DNA of 61,959 bases, counting the filler. It is 7 parts of 7 records of this genome, joined end to end, with 100 filler letters (N's around TTAATTAATTAA, not from the genome) between each part and the next. Parts side by side here need not be neighbours in the genome. Positions count along the whole stretch, not along the records: positions 1 to 18,761 come from SRR2962707_947; 6 more parts are not named here. One strand, 5' to 3'. Both the position numbers and the translations under genes were made by a program. Shown one piece after another: positions 1 through 9,848 of the stretch; positions within the stretch are counted from its first letter, which is position 1, and the number at the start of each line of letters is the position of its first letter. The notes below the pieces were generated by a model. That model ran no database searches, was not told where the DNA came from, and was given only the letters and a program-made list of their open reading frames with translations.

Positions 1-1837
1 GGACTACACGGTGGAAGCGGATGCCGACGGTAACTGGAGCGTGACACCGGATACCCCGTTGGCGGACGGTACGGAAGTGAGCGTTACCGCCACGGATGGA
101 GCCGGAAACGCCAGTGCCCCAGCCACTATCAACGTGGATGCTTCGGCTCCAGCCACGCCAACCATCCAAGATGCGCTGGACGATGTGGATCCCGGTACCG
201 ACCCGGTACTGACCGGCGGCAGCACCAATGACGACACGCCGACCCTGAGGGGCACGGCGGAAGCCAACAGCACCGTGGAAATTTTCCAGGATGGCGCTTC
301 CGTGGGCACGGTGCAGGCCGATGCCAGTGGTAACTGGAGTTTTGTCGTCCCGGCCGCACTGGCCGATGGCACTTATGGTTTCACGGCCACGGCCATGGAC
401 GAAGCGGGCAACACCTCGGATCCGAGTGCCTCCTTTGATGTGACAGTGGACACCATTGCGCCGGATGCGCCGACCTTGAGCATCGCCGATGCCGCCGACG
501 GTATCATCGACAGCAACGAAATGGTGGACGGGGTGCAGGCCGAGGTAGGACTGCCTGCCGGCGCCGAGGCGGGTGATGTCATTACTTTGACTTTCACCGG
601 AGACGGCGGCGCGGTCTACACCGCTGAACACACCGTAACCACGGATGAGGTGACCGCGGGTACGGCCAATGTGGACGTGGCCCAATGGCTGGATGACGGT
701 ACCTACACCGCCACCGCCACGATCACCGATGCGGCGGGCAACGTCTCGCCGGATTCCAATTCGGTCGGCTTTGACGTCGATGCTTCCGGTCCGGTAGTGA
801 ATGTCGCGGGCGGCAGCCTGCTGGGACTGGTTGGCGTGGAAGCGATTGGGCTGCTTGATCTCAACCATCAGATGTTCTCCGCTTACGACCCGAATAACAA
901 TCTGGCATCGGTAACCATCGAGATGTCTTCGGCGTTGAGCGTTAACGAGATTCTCGGGCTGCTGGGAGTGGGGGATCAGACCCTGAACTGGTCTCAGGCG
1001 CTGGCTGATGAATTGGGTCTGGATATCCAGTTCAGCGACTACAGTCTTCTGCCCCCCAATCTCACACCGACACTGACGATCACCGCGGCGGACGGCGGCG
1101 CCATTGATAATCTGGCGATCAACGAGTTCCTGGCGTCGATCTATCTGGCGGATGCCTTGCTCGGAACCGATCTCGGATTGCTGCCAAGCTATACCATTAC
1201 AGGGGAGGACCTCGACGGGCAGACCGCCACGGACAGCATCACTGAACTGGCTGAGCTCAGCCTGTTGAACGCGGCGAACAATCCCGTTACCGACGGCACC
1301 TCCGGAGACGACACTCTGAACGGTACCACCGGTGACGATCGCCTCTATGGTTATGACGGCAACGATACCCTTAACGGTGATGCCGGAAACGACTGGTTGC
1401 GCGGCGGTAGCGGTAACGACATCCTGAACGGCGGTGATGGCAACGATACCTTGGTCTACGAAGGCCTGGGTAACGATACCTTCGACGGCGGTGCAGGGGA
1501 GGATACGCTGCTGTTGACCGGTGACGGCATTTCGCTCGATTTCGTTGACAGTCTCGCGGCCGACTATGTCGACCCGGCGACGATCAATAATATTGAGCAT
1601 CTGTCCATCGGCGGTAATGGTGCCAACACGGTATCCATTGATCTGGCCTCGCTGATCGCGATGACCGATACGGACAACGTATTGTTCATTGACGGTGACC
1701 AGGACGACACGGTGGAACTGGTAGGGGAGTGGCAGAACGCTGGCACCACCACCGTGGACGGCACCGATTATGTGGTCTACAGCCAGGAGGGCGACCCCAG
1801 CGAACTGTGGGTTCAAAGCGGTATCTCGGTGATTTAA
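1..1837 (+). CDS. Bap/RTX-type large repetitive adhesin, T1SS substrate (5'-truncated by the window edge)
   Basis: Acidic Ig-like repeats (ADASGNWS..., ATDxAGNxS), then Ca-binding RTX nonapeptides and a C-terminal secretion-signal-type region. Lies directly upstream of TolC/ABC/HlyD genes. Confidence 0.92.
   Translation, partial: DYTVEADADGNWSVTPDTPLADGTEVSVTATDGAGNASAPATINVDASAPATPTIQDALDDVDPGTDPVLTGGSTNDDTPTLRGTAEANSTVEIFQDGASVGTVQADASGNWSFVVPAALADGTYGFTATAMDEAGNTSDPSASFDVTVDTIAPDAPTLSIADAADGIIDSNEMVDGVQAEVGLPAGAEAGDVITLTFTGDGGAVYTAEHTVTTDEVTAGTANVDVAQWLDDGTYTATATITDAAGNVSPDSNSVGFDVDASGPVVNVAGGSLLGLVGVEAIGLLDLNHQMFSAYDPNNNLASVTIEMSSALSVNEILGLLGVGDQTLNWSQALADELGLDIQFSDYSLLPPNLTPTLTITAADGGAIDNLAINEFLASIYLADALLGTDLGLLPSYTITGEDLDGQTATDSITELAELSLLNAANNPVTDGTSGDDTLNGTTGDDRLYGYDGNDTLNGDAGNDWLRGGSGNDILNGGDGNDTLVYEGLGNDTFDGGAGEDTLLLTGDGISLDFVDSLAADYVDPATINNIEHLSIGGNGANTVSIDLASLIAMTDTDNVLFIDGDQDDTVELVGEWQNAGTTTVDGTDYVVYSQEGDPSELWVQSGISVI
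1295..1510 (+). repeat. RTX (GGxGxDxLx) nonapeptide repeat block
   Basis: Translation [54 protein letters not shown]...GGAGEDTL. Confidence 0.9.
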
Positions 1838-1858
1838 GCCATCGATACGATGCACACC

Positions 1859-1887
1859 GGCACCGGGCCAGAAGGCCCGGTGTCTTT
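1859..1887 (+). terminator. GC-rich stem-loop between adhesin and tolC-like gene (partial terminator or RNA stabiliser)
   Basis: CACCGGGCC-AGAA-GGCCCGGTG followed by TCTTT. Confidence 0.55.
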
Positions 1888-1915
1888 CCAGGGAAAGCTG
1901 CAGTTAAGGATCTGA

Positions 1916-3304
1916 ATGCGGTCTCACGGAAGCAAGGGAGTTCATCGTCCATACCTCCTGTCAGCGATGGTAATGCTCTGTGTTTGCCTTGGAGAAGCCG
2001 GAGCAGGGGAAGTCGATACCGGTGACCTGAAAGAACTGGTCAAACAGGTTCCGGTATACGGAAACGAAGTGGATTTCGATATTGTCAGCGCGGTTCGACG
2101 GGCGGTGGATACACACCCGGTTATCGCTGAATCCATTGGCCGCCTGTTCCAGCAAAACGAACAGGTGGCGGTGGCTCGCGCAGGCTATTATCCCGAACTC
2201 AGCGCCGGTCTTAGCCGTGGCTACAGGGACTCCACCGGACGCTCCGAAGAGGCGTTGACCGCTTCGGCCTCACAGATGTTGTATGACTTTGGCAAGGTTT
2301 CCAGCTCCGTGGCGGCGGCTTCCCACGGGGTGGAGCGGGACAGGGCCAACGTGCTTTTGGCGGTGGACCAGCTTGCCCAGGAAACCGCGCAGGCGGTGAT
2401 CGAGGTCCAGCGTTATCAGACGCTGCTGACAATCGCCAGGGAGCAGGTGGAAGCCATCGGAGAACTGCAGGAACTGGCGTCTCAGCGGGCCGCCAAGGGC
2501 GCCGCCACCCGGTCGGACGAAATCCAGGCTTTGTCCAGAAAAGAGGCGGCCCAGGCCACGGTTCTGCAGTTCCAGGCACAGAGCGATGCGTGGCAGCGTA
2601 ATCTGCAAAGTCTGTTGAATGCCCCCGGGCCGGTCACGGTATCTCCGGAGTTTCCCGATCATCTGGCTGACGCCTGCCTTCGCGTGGAGGAAGACTTCGA
2701 CAATGTGCCCCGGATCATGCGGGCGGAAGCGGAGCGGGAGGAAGCCCGTTCGCTGATTCGTCAGGCGCGGGCACAGATGTTGCCGACCTTCTCGATCTCC
2801 GCGGATTTCGAGCACTATCTGAATGATCGGCCCGCGGACCTGGAAGCCATGGATCGGGACAATGATGTCTTCGTTTCCGTGGGAGTAAGCAGCAAGCTGT
2901 TTCAAGGCGGCGCGTTAAAGGCCCGCCGGCGGGCGGCAGACTACGCCCTTGAGGCGGCGAACGCCGCCCGGGATGCCGCCTACCGGGAAGTCTCCCTGGG
3001 ATTACGGGAGGCGAAGGTACAGACACGGAGTCTGTCCGGGCGCCTCGAATTACTGAACAACCGCTATAACAGCATCGCCGAGACGCAGAAGCTGTACCGG
3101 CAGCAATATTTAGCATTGGGAACGCGCTCACTGTTGGACATTCTCAATACGGAACAGGAGATCCACCAGTCCCGCTTCGAGCAGCAGAACACCCGGTTTG
3201 ATCTACGCCGCCTGCAAATCGACTGTCTTTACAACGTGGCGGAAATTCGCGCGGCGTTTGGTTTGAGCAGCGCCGCCGTGCAGGGAGTGCCGATTCAGCC
3301 ATGA
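1916..3304 (+). CDS. TolC-family type I secretion outer-membrane protein
   Basis: Signal-peptide-like N-terminus, ARAGYYP motif, YRQQY..LGTRSLLDILNTEQE motif; stop overlaps next start (ATGA). Confidence 0.93.
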   Translation: MRSHGSKGVHRPYLLSAMVMLCVCLGEAGAGEVDTGDLKELVKQVPVYGNEVDFDIVSAVRRAVDTHPVIAESIGRLFQQNEQVAVARAGYYPELSAGLSRGYRDSTGRSEEALTASASQMLYDFGKVSSSVAAASHGVERDRANVLLAVDQLAQETAQAVIEVQRYQTLLTIAREQVEAIGELQELASQRAAKGAATRSDEIQALSRKEAAQATVLQFQAQSDAWQRNLQSLLNAPGPVTVSPEFPDHLADACLRVEEDFDNVPRIMRAEAEREEARSLIRQARAQMLPTFSISADFEHYLNDRPADLEAMDRDNDVFVSVGVSSKLFQGGALKARRRAADYALEAANAARDAAYREVSLGLREAKVQTRSLSGRLELLNNRYNSIAETQKLYRQQYLALGTRSLLDILNTEQEIHQSRFEQQNTRFDLRRLQIDCLYNVAEIRAAFGLSSAAVQGVPIQP

Positions 3305-5490
3305 GTATTCAGGATGTCGAAGAAACGCTGGACGAAGCCGCGCCGGCTCCCGACTACGGACCGTGGACCGAAGCCATGTTGGCGGTGGCCCGGCATTATC
3401 GTTTGGAATATTCCGAGGAAAATGTTCACCTGACGGCTGCCTGGAGCATGAGGCAGAGCCCCGGCGATGTGCTGAAGGCCATGGCCCGCCAATTGGGACT
3501 GGCCTGCAAGATTGGTGATCTGGGCGAAATGCCGCTGACACCCTGGCGGTTTCCTTTGGTGGTGCAATTCAAGGACGGCCAGGTGGCGGTGGCCGAAAGC
3601 ATTGGCGGTGATGGCGCGGTGACGCTGTCCTATAGTGGCGATCAGGGCCTCAGAAGTCAGCTTCCTCGTCAGGAGCTTGTCGACAATGTGGTTCTCACAC
3701 TGATCCTGAGACCGACCCGTTCGGCCCCCGATGCCCGGGTGGACGATTATGTCCGGCCTTATCAATCCAATTGGTTCCGGCGCATCATTCTTCGTGATCT
3801 GAAGCCCTACGGACATGTGATGCTGGCATCACTGGTAGCCAATCTGTTGGCATTGGCCGGCATTTTGTTTTCCCGCCAGGTCTACGATCGTGTGGTTCCG
3901 GCGGAATCCTATGCCACCTTGTACGTCCTGTTTTCCGGTGTTCTGGTGGCAATGGTGTTTGATTTCATTCTGCGCAGGAGCCGGGTTCATATCACCGATT
4001 TGCTTGGCAAGCGGGCTGATATGCGCGTGTCGGATCGCGTTTTTGGCCACGCGCTACGCATAAAAAACTCGGAGAAGCCGCGCTCCACCGGGTCCTTTAT
4101 CGCCCAGATTCGCGAACTGGAGCATATTCGGGAATTGCTTACCTCCAGCACGGTAACGGCGTTCGCTGATATGCCTTTCTTCTTCTTGTTCTGTTTCGTG
4201 CTCTGGTATATCGCCGGTCCCTTGGTGCTGGTACCGCTGGCTGCGGTGGTGTTGATGATCATTCCCGGCATGCTGGCGCAGAGGCGCCTGCATATTCTCG
4301 CCAACGAAGCCATGCGCGAGTCTTCACTACGAAATGCGATGCTGGTGGAAACCATCCAGGGTTTGGAGGACGTCAAGTCGTTGCAAGCGGAAGCGCGTTT
4401 TCAGCAGCAATGGAATCATTACAACGCGGTCACCGCCGACGTGAATCTGAAACTGCGTTACATCGCCAATACCCTGGTGGTGTGGAGTCACACGATACAG
4501 AGCGGGGTATTCGCCGTCATTGTCCTGTTCGGCGCACCGATGGTGATGGAAGCGGAACTGTCGGTCGGGTCGCTGGTGGCGGCATCGATCCTGGCGTCAC
4601 GCATGATGGCTCCGATGTCTCAAATCACGCATGTGATGAGCAAATGGCAGCATGCCAAGGTGGCGATGAGCAGCCTGGATCAGATCATGGAGCGCGCGGT
4701 GGACCACCCCGAGGAGGAAAAACGGGTTCACCGACCCTTTGTCACTGGTCACTATCAGTTGAAGCAGGCGGTATTCCAATATGCCGATGCCCCCAACGCC
4801 GCTCTGGCGGTGAAGGCGCTGACCATCAAACCGGGAGAGCGTATCGGTGTGCTGGGGCGTAACGGCGCGGGCAAATCCACGTTGTTGCAGGCTCTGGCCG
4901 GCGCCATCGAAGCCGGTTCTGGACAGGTTCTCCTGGACGGTATCAATCTCACTCATATCGATCCGGCGGATCTACGTCGGGATGTGGGCCTTCTAAGCCA
5001 GAACGCGCGGCTGTTCCACGGTACCTTGCGGGATAATCTGATGCTGGGCGCCCCCCATGTGTCCGACCAGGAGTTACTCGCCACCATGGATATGACCGGT
5101 GCCAGTGATTATCTGAGAACGCTGCCCGACGGGCTTGACCATCCGATTCTTGAAGGCGGGCTCGGCCTGTCCGGTGGTCAGCGCCAGTCGCTGTTGCTCT
5201 CCCGTCTGCTGTTGCGACAGCCCAATGTTCTGCTGCTGGATGAACCTACCGCCTCACTGGATGAGACAGCGGAAAAGAAATTCATTCAGAGAATGAGTGA
5301 CTGGCTGGAAAACCGGACTCTGGTGGTGGCGACACACCGGATGAGTATGCTCAATCTGGTGGACCGTATCATTGTGCTGGAAAACGGACAGATTCTGCTG
5401 GACGATACGCGCGCCAAAGCACTGTCGATCCTATCGAAAAAGGCTCCGCTTCAGTCCACGAACAACAACAAGGAAGGGACCCGGCCATGA
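3301..5490 (+). CDS. Type I secretion ABC permease/ATPase (C39-like N-terminal domain, LssB/LapB type)
   Basis: QVYDRVVP motif, TM domain, Walker A GRNGAGKST, LSGGQ signature, Walker B LLLDEPT. Confidence 0.95.
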   Translation: MSIQDVEETLDEAAPAPDYGPWTEAMLAVARHYRLEYSEENVHLTAAWSMRQSPGDVLKAMARQLGLACKIGDLGEMPLTPWRFPLVVQFKDGQVAVAESIGGDGAVTLSYSGDQGLRSQLPRQELVDNVVLTLILRPTRSAPDARVDDYVRPYQSNWFRRIILRDLKPYGHVMLASLVANLLALAGILFSRQVYDRVVPAESYATLYVLFSGVLVAMVFDFILRRSRVHITDLLGKRADMRVSDRVFGHALRIKNSEKPRSTGSFIAQIRELEHIRELLTSSTVTAFADMPFFFLFCFVLWYIAGPLVLVPLAAVVLMIIPGMLAQRRLHILANEAMRESSLRNAMLVETIQGLEDVKSLQAEARFQQQWNHYNAVTADVNLKLRYIANTLVVWSHTIQSGVFAVIVLFGAPMVMEAELSVGSLVAASILASRMMAPMSQITHVMSKWQHAKVAMSSLDQIMERAVDHPEEEKRVHRPFVTGHYQLKQAVFQYADAPNAALAVKALTIKPGERIGVLGRNGAGKSTLLQALAGAIEAGSGQVLLDGINLTHIDPADLRRDVGLLSQNARLFHGTLRDNLMLGAPHVSDQELLATMDMTGASDYLRTLPDGLDHPILEGGLGLSGGQRQSLLLSRLLLRQPNVLLLDEPTASLDETAEKKFIQRMSDWLENRTLVVATHRMSMLNLVDRIIVLENGQILLDDTRAKALSILSKKAPLQSTNNNKEGTRP

Positions 5491-6758
5491 AGGGGAGCCG
5501 CGATGCCGCCAATTCCCGCCCGCCTGATATCACCGGACTGTCAATGAGCGCTGCTGGAGGAATGGCTTCTCTGTTGGATTATGACAATGACCATCGTCAT
5601 TACAACGATGAAGTGGACGATGCCACGGTGGTTCGTTCAACCCGTATTGTGTGGCTGGTTTGTCTGGCCATGGCCGCGTTACTGGTCTGGTCCTATTTTG
5701 CCGAGGTAGTGGAAGTATCGACAGGTGATGGCCGTGTGATTCCGTCTTCCCGGGAGAAAGTGATCCAGTCCTTGGAAGGGGGAATCCTGATGGACCTGAG
5801 GGTCAAGGAAGGGGAGATTGTAGAAGCCGGGCAAGTGCTGGCTCAGTTGGATCTTACCAAGACCGAGTCCAGCGTGGAAGAAAGCGCGGCCCGTTATCGC
5901 GCGGCCCTGGGCACCGTTGCCAGATTGGAAGCGGAAGTCAACGAGACACCGTTGATCTTCCCGGAGGCGTTACAGGCCTATCCCGAACTCATCGCCGCGG
6001 AAACCGAACTGTATGAAACGCGGCGCCGGGGGTTGAGATCGTCTTTGGCTGGCGTCCATAAGTCCCAGCGCATTGTGCGTGAAGAGTTGCAGCTGACGAA
6101 ATCGCTGCTGGAAATCGGAGCTGCCAGTAACGTGGAAGTGCTGCGCTTACGGCGGCAGCTGTCGGAGCTGGAGCTGAAAGCCAGTGAGATCCGCTCTGAA
6201 TACCTGATTCTCGCGCGGGAGGAACTGGCTCGTGCGGAGGCGGAAGCCAAGGCTCTGTCCTCTGTGGTACGGGGCCGCTCGGACGCTCTGTCGAGGCTCA
6301 CATTGCGCTCGCCGGTGCGCGGAGTGGTGAAGGACATCGAGGTCAGCACCCGGGGCGGAGTGATTCCACCTAATGGTCGCCTGATGGAAATTGTCCCTCT
6401 GGACGATCAGTTGCTGGTGGAAGCCAGGATCTCTCCCAGGGATATTGCCTTTATTCACCCCGGTCAGTCCGCCAAGGTCAAGATCACCGCCTACGACTAT
6501 ACCGTCTATGGCGACCTGGATGGCGAGGTGGCCATGATCTCACCGGATACCATTCAGGACGAAGTCAAACCAGAGATCTTTTACTATCGTGTGTTCATCC
6601 GTACCAAAACGGATGCTCTGATCAATGATGCGGGCACCAGGTTTCCGATCGTGCCGGGTATGATCGCCAAGGTGGATATCCGCACCGGCGAGAAGACGGT
6701 TTTCGAGTATCTGATGAAACCGATCGATCACGCCGGAGAAGCCCTGCGGGAACGCTAG
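5487..6758 (+). CDS. HlyD-family T1SS membrane fusion protein
   Basis: Single TM, IQSLEGGI, LRSPVRG, GGVI.P, PGM...DIRTG, YLMKP...ALRER ending. Confidence 0.95.
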   Translation: MKGSRDAANSRPPDITGLSMSAAGGMASLLDYDNDHRHYNDEVDDATVVRSTRIVWLVCLAMAALLVWSYFAEVVEVSTGDGRVIPSSREKVIQSLEGGILMDLRVKEGEIVEAGQVLAQLDLTKTESSVEESAARYRAALGTVARLEAEVNETPLIFPEALQAYPELIAAETELYETRRRGLRSSLAGVHKSQRIVREELQLTKSLLEIGAASNVEVLRLRRQLSELELKASEIRSEYLILAREELARAEAEAKALSSVVRGRSDALSRLTLRSPVRGVVKDIEVSTRGGVIPPNGRLMEIVPLDDQLLVEARISPRDIAFIHPGQSAKVKITAYDYTVYGDLDGEVAMISPDTIQDEVKPEIFYYRVFIRTKTDALINDAGTRFPIVPGMIAKVDIRTGEKTVFEYLMKPIDHAGEALRER

Positions 6759-7087
6759 TTCCGGATCACCATCGCCAATCATAGCGCGGAGAAGTCGTTC
6801 CGCGCGGAGTCGCTGACCGCGCCCATTCACCGCGCTGTTTCATTCAAAGCCTTTCCTGACAGATAAAACCGGAACCGACCGCCCGGGGGGTTCTGAGTGG
6901 ACTGGCTGGCCGGACGATTTCGACCTAGCACCGGGGCGTGCATCTTTTATTGTGTTAACAGCGCACTGTAAATGTGCTGATTGAGATTTGCTCATAGGGA
7001 CCATGGTGAAAAGAGTGAGCAGAAAATAACCATTTCGGTTTTGCCGACGAGACTCAAGTAACAACAACGAATGAAAGGAGCTCGAAT

Positions 7088-7873
7088 ATGCAGGCTGTTT
7101 CCAGCGAAATCAAAGCGCCGTCCTTATTTCTATTCTGGGCGGAATGGCGGGCTGCCGTGGAGTTTGGAAGCCTGGCTTTATCCCTTCCGTGGCTCGGAAC
7201 CCTGCCCAAGGGGGACGGCCATCCCGTATTGGTTCTGCCAGGACTCAGCGCGGATGATTCCAGCACCGTGGCGCTACGGATGTTCCTGCGTAATCGTGGC
7301 TACCAGGCTTATGGCTGGAATCTGGGACGCAATGTGGGATATCGCTCCGGTATGCGCGAACGGCAGATCGAGCGGTTAAAGGAAATCCATGAACGACACG
7401 ATGGTCAGAAGGTAAGTCTGATCGGCTGGAGTCTTGGGGGGCTTTATGCCCGTGAGCTGGCCAAGCAGGCGCCGGATTTGGTGCGCCAGGTGATCACCCT
7501 GGGATCGCCATTCAAGGGAAACCCCAGAGCCAGTAACGCCTGGCGTCTTTACGAATCCCTTGCTGGTCACTCAGTGGACAAGGTACGAGAGTCCCTCCAT
7601 GTGGAGGTTCCACCGGATGTGCCCTTCAGCTCAGTCTATAGCCGCACCGACGGCATCGTGGCATGGGAATGTTCCATCGAGGAAGAAGGGGAAAGACGCG
7701 AGAATATCGAAATCAGGGGCAGCCACTGTGGTCTGGGGCACAACCCTCTTGCCTATTATGTGATTGCGGACCGGCTGGCGCAGAAGGAGGGTGGCTGGCG
7801 TCCCTTCAAGGGTGGGGAGGCCAATCGGGACTGGTTCCCGGAACCGGCGCGGTACGCCGATATCGCATCGTAA
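7088..7873 (+). CDS. Alpha/beta-hydrolase (esterase/lipase family)
   Basis: VLVLPG oxyanion region, nucleophile motif GWSLGG, DGIV Asp, SHCG His; AAGGAG RBS upstream. Confidence 0.88.
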   Translation: MQAVSSEIKAPSLFLFWAEWRAAVEFGSLALSLPWLGTLPKGDGHPVLVLPGLSADDSSTVALRMFLRNRGYQAYGWNLGRNVGYRSGMRERQIERLKEIHERHDGQKVSLIGWSLGGLYARELAKQAPDLVRQVITLGSPFKGNPRASNAWRLYESLAGHSVDKVRESLHVEVPPDVPFSSVYSRTDGIVAWECSIEEEGERRENIEIRGSHCGLGHNPLAYYVIADRLAQKEGGWRPFKGGEANRDWFPEPARYADIAS

Positions 7874-7967
7874 CATAGGGTCGGCCAGCGCCGTGACAGG
7901 TGCTGGTTCTCGGTGTCGCCGGCGCTTCATCTGGTATCAGGAGTGCTGGTGTCACCGCTTTTTTTTA

Positions 7968-7991
7968 CTCATGGGCGGGCTTGCCCATGAG
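7968..7991. terminator. 9-bp inverted repeat downstream of the hydrolase (possible terminator)
   Basis: CTCATGGGC-N6-GCCCATGAG flanked by T-rich tracts. Confidence 0.4.
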
Positions 7992-8010
7992 CGATATTTT
8001 CTTCTCTAAA

Positions 8011-8035
8011 AAATTTCTTCAACCCGAAGAAATTT
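8011..8035. promoter_or_regulatory. AT-rich perfect palindrome upstream of AraC gene, candidate operator
   Basis: AAATTTCTTC-N5-GAAGAAATTT, ~25 nt upstream of a TTGACC -35-like hexamer (8060). Confidence 0.4.
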
Positions 8036-8116
8036 ATAAAGGACAAGATAATTAAGTGCTTGACCGGCCATGCGTTCAGCCGCTAATTATTAGGGTGTTG
8101 CACCGGGAGAAAGGCA

Positions 8117-9211
8117 ATGCCCGTATTAAAACAACTAAACGAACGTGATCCGGTATTACCCGTTATGGTAGACGACTTTGTTCCAGCTTCCGAAAGGTGT
8201 GTCAATTTTACCCATTCCATCACCGCTATCATTCAGCAAGTTGAATCACAAACGGGCGCTGTGCAAAAGATACTGGACGGGACCGATCTTGAAGTATCGA
8301 TGCTTGCCAGGCATACCACGCGCACTTCTTGTCAACACCTGGAGAAGGTGGTTCGCAATACTTTGAATCTGATGCAAGATACCGATGTGGCTCTACGTGC
8401 CGGCAGGAGGATGCGCGTTACCAGCTACGGTATGTATGGCTACGCCTTGTTGAGCAGTGCCAATTTCATCGACGTGTCGATGGTCAACAACAAGTACATT
8501 CTTTCTGGAAGCCCGTTTTGTCAGGCTCCCATGATTCTGCAAGGCAACGGCGGCTACTGCACTCTGACACCAAGACAATGGACCGATCCGGCGGACATGG
8601 CCTACCGATTTTCGGTGGAGTTCGCATTGGCTGCTCATCTTTCGGTTTGCCGGGATGTAACCGGCGGAAGATTCGGGTTTTCCCGGGTGGAGTTGGCCTA
8701 CCCGCGCCCGGTCTACGGCGACGCTTATGAGCAGGTCCTGGAGTGTCCGGTATCCTTCGATCAGGAGGAAAACATTTACTGGTTCGAGGCGCCTGGCGTT
8801 CAAGATCCATTGCCCTTCGCTGACGCTCGTACCAACGCCATGGTATTGGAAATCTGCGAAAAACTCCTTAGCGAACTTAATGTCTCGGGTGGTGTCGCCG
8901 CGGACGTGCGAGAACTTCTGGTCGAATACGTTGGTCATTTTCCCGATCTTGAAGGGGTGGCGGCGGAGCTGGGCATGCACCCGAGAGCATTGCGCCGCCG
9001 GCTTACCAATGAGGACACGTCCTTCAGGGAGTTGTTGCGCGATGTAAGGATGCGGCTGGCGGTGGAGTATTTGCGTAAAACCGAGCTGACCAATGAAGAA
9101 ATATCCTGTCGGCTGGGTTACTCGGATGCGGCAAATTTCCGCCACGCTTTCAAACGCTGGACGGGATGCTCCCCATCGGAGTATCGGGGGATGGACTCGA
9201 GCGACAGCTGA
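8117..9211 (+). CDS. AraC-family transcriptional regulator (OruR/Arabinose_bd_2 type)
   Basis: YGMYGYALLSS N-terminal domain; C-terminal LRRRL..E.TSF and LGYSDAANFRHAFKRWTG.SP HTH signature. Confidence 0.92.
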   Translation: MPVLKQLNERDPVLPVMVDDFVPASERCVNFTHSITAIIQQVESQTGAVQKILDGTDLEVSMLARHTTRTSCQHLEKVVRNTLNLMQDTDVALRAGRRMRVTSYGMYGYALLSSANFIDVSMVNNKYILSGSPFCQAPMILQGNGGYCTLTPRQWTDPADMAYRFSVEFALAAHLSVCRDVTGGRFGFSRVELAYPRPVYGDAYEQVLECPVSFDQEENIYWFEAPGVQDPLPFADARTNAMVLEICEKLLSELNVSGGVAADVRELLVEYVGHFPDLEGVAAELGMHPRALRRRLTNEDTSFRELLRDVRMRLAVEYLRKTELTNEEISCRLGYSDAANFRHAFKRWTGCSPSEYRGMDSSDS

Positions 9212-9234
9212 GTCCGGCCGGGCCGGATTTTTTT
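9212..9234 (+). terminator. Rho-independent terminator of AraC gene
   Basis: TCCGGC-CGG-GCCGGA followed by T7 immediately after the stop. Confidence 0.7.
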
Positions 9235-9452
9235 CTTATTACTCATCTCTTCTTGGAAAAACGGCCGAGTGGGCCTGGTGGCGTCGTGCTCGCTTTTGAC
9301 CTCGTCTGTCCGTAAATCACCGGATAAAAGGACTCTGAACACCTTTCCCGATGCTCCGTGCGGAGCACTATGTTTATCGTAGGAAGAGCGGTTTGTGTAT
9401 GGCATGGAAACATGTTCTCCAGAGATGGTGACACGGCAGACGGAGACGGGAA

Positions 9453-9836
9453 ATGAGTAATAAACCGGACGATGGTGCCTCTCAGGATCCTTTTGAGGCC
9501 TGGCGAAGCTTCTTGACCGAGGCGGAAAGAAATATCAACGAGGGACTTAGCAAGGCAATGGCCACGCCGCAGTATACCGCCGCGAGCCAGGGGGTATTAA
9601 AGGCTCTTCTACAGTCCCAGAGTACCTTTCAGAAAATGGCAAAGCGCTACTTCGAGACGGTGAATCTGGCTACCAGGGAGGACATGGCGGCAATTGCCGA
9701 GAGACTGGACGCCATCGAGGAAGCCCTTAATCGTTTGGAGAGGGATTCCGCCACGACCGCTAAGTCCCGGAGCGCTGGGCGGGTGACCGCCACGAAACCG
9801 AGACGTACACGCAATTCGAGTATCAGTGGAAAGTAA
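9453..9836 (+). CDS. Short PHA synthase accessory subunit (PhaE/PhaR-like)
   Basis: DPFEAWR N-terminus, YFETVNLATREDMAAIAERLDAIEE coiled coil resembling the PhaE/PhaR C-terminal motif; 12 nt upstream of phaC. Confidence 0.72.
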   Translation: MSNKPDDGASQDPFEAWRSFLTEAERNINEGLSKAMATPQYTAASQGVLKALLQSQSTFQKMAKRYFETVNLATREDMAAIAERLDAIEEALNRLERDSATTAKSRSAGRVTATKPRRTRNSSISGK

Positions 9837-9848
9837 ACGGGGCCTCCT

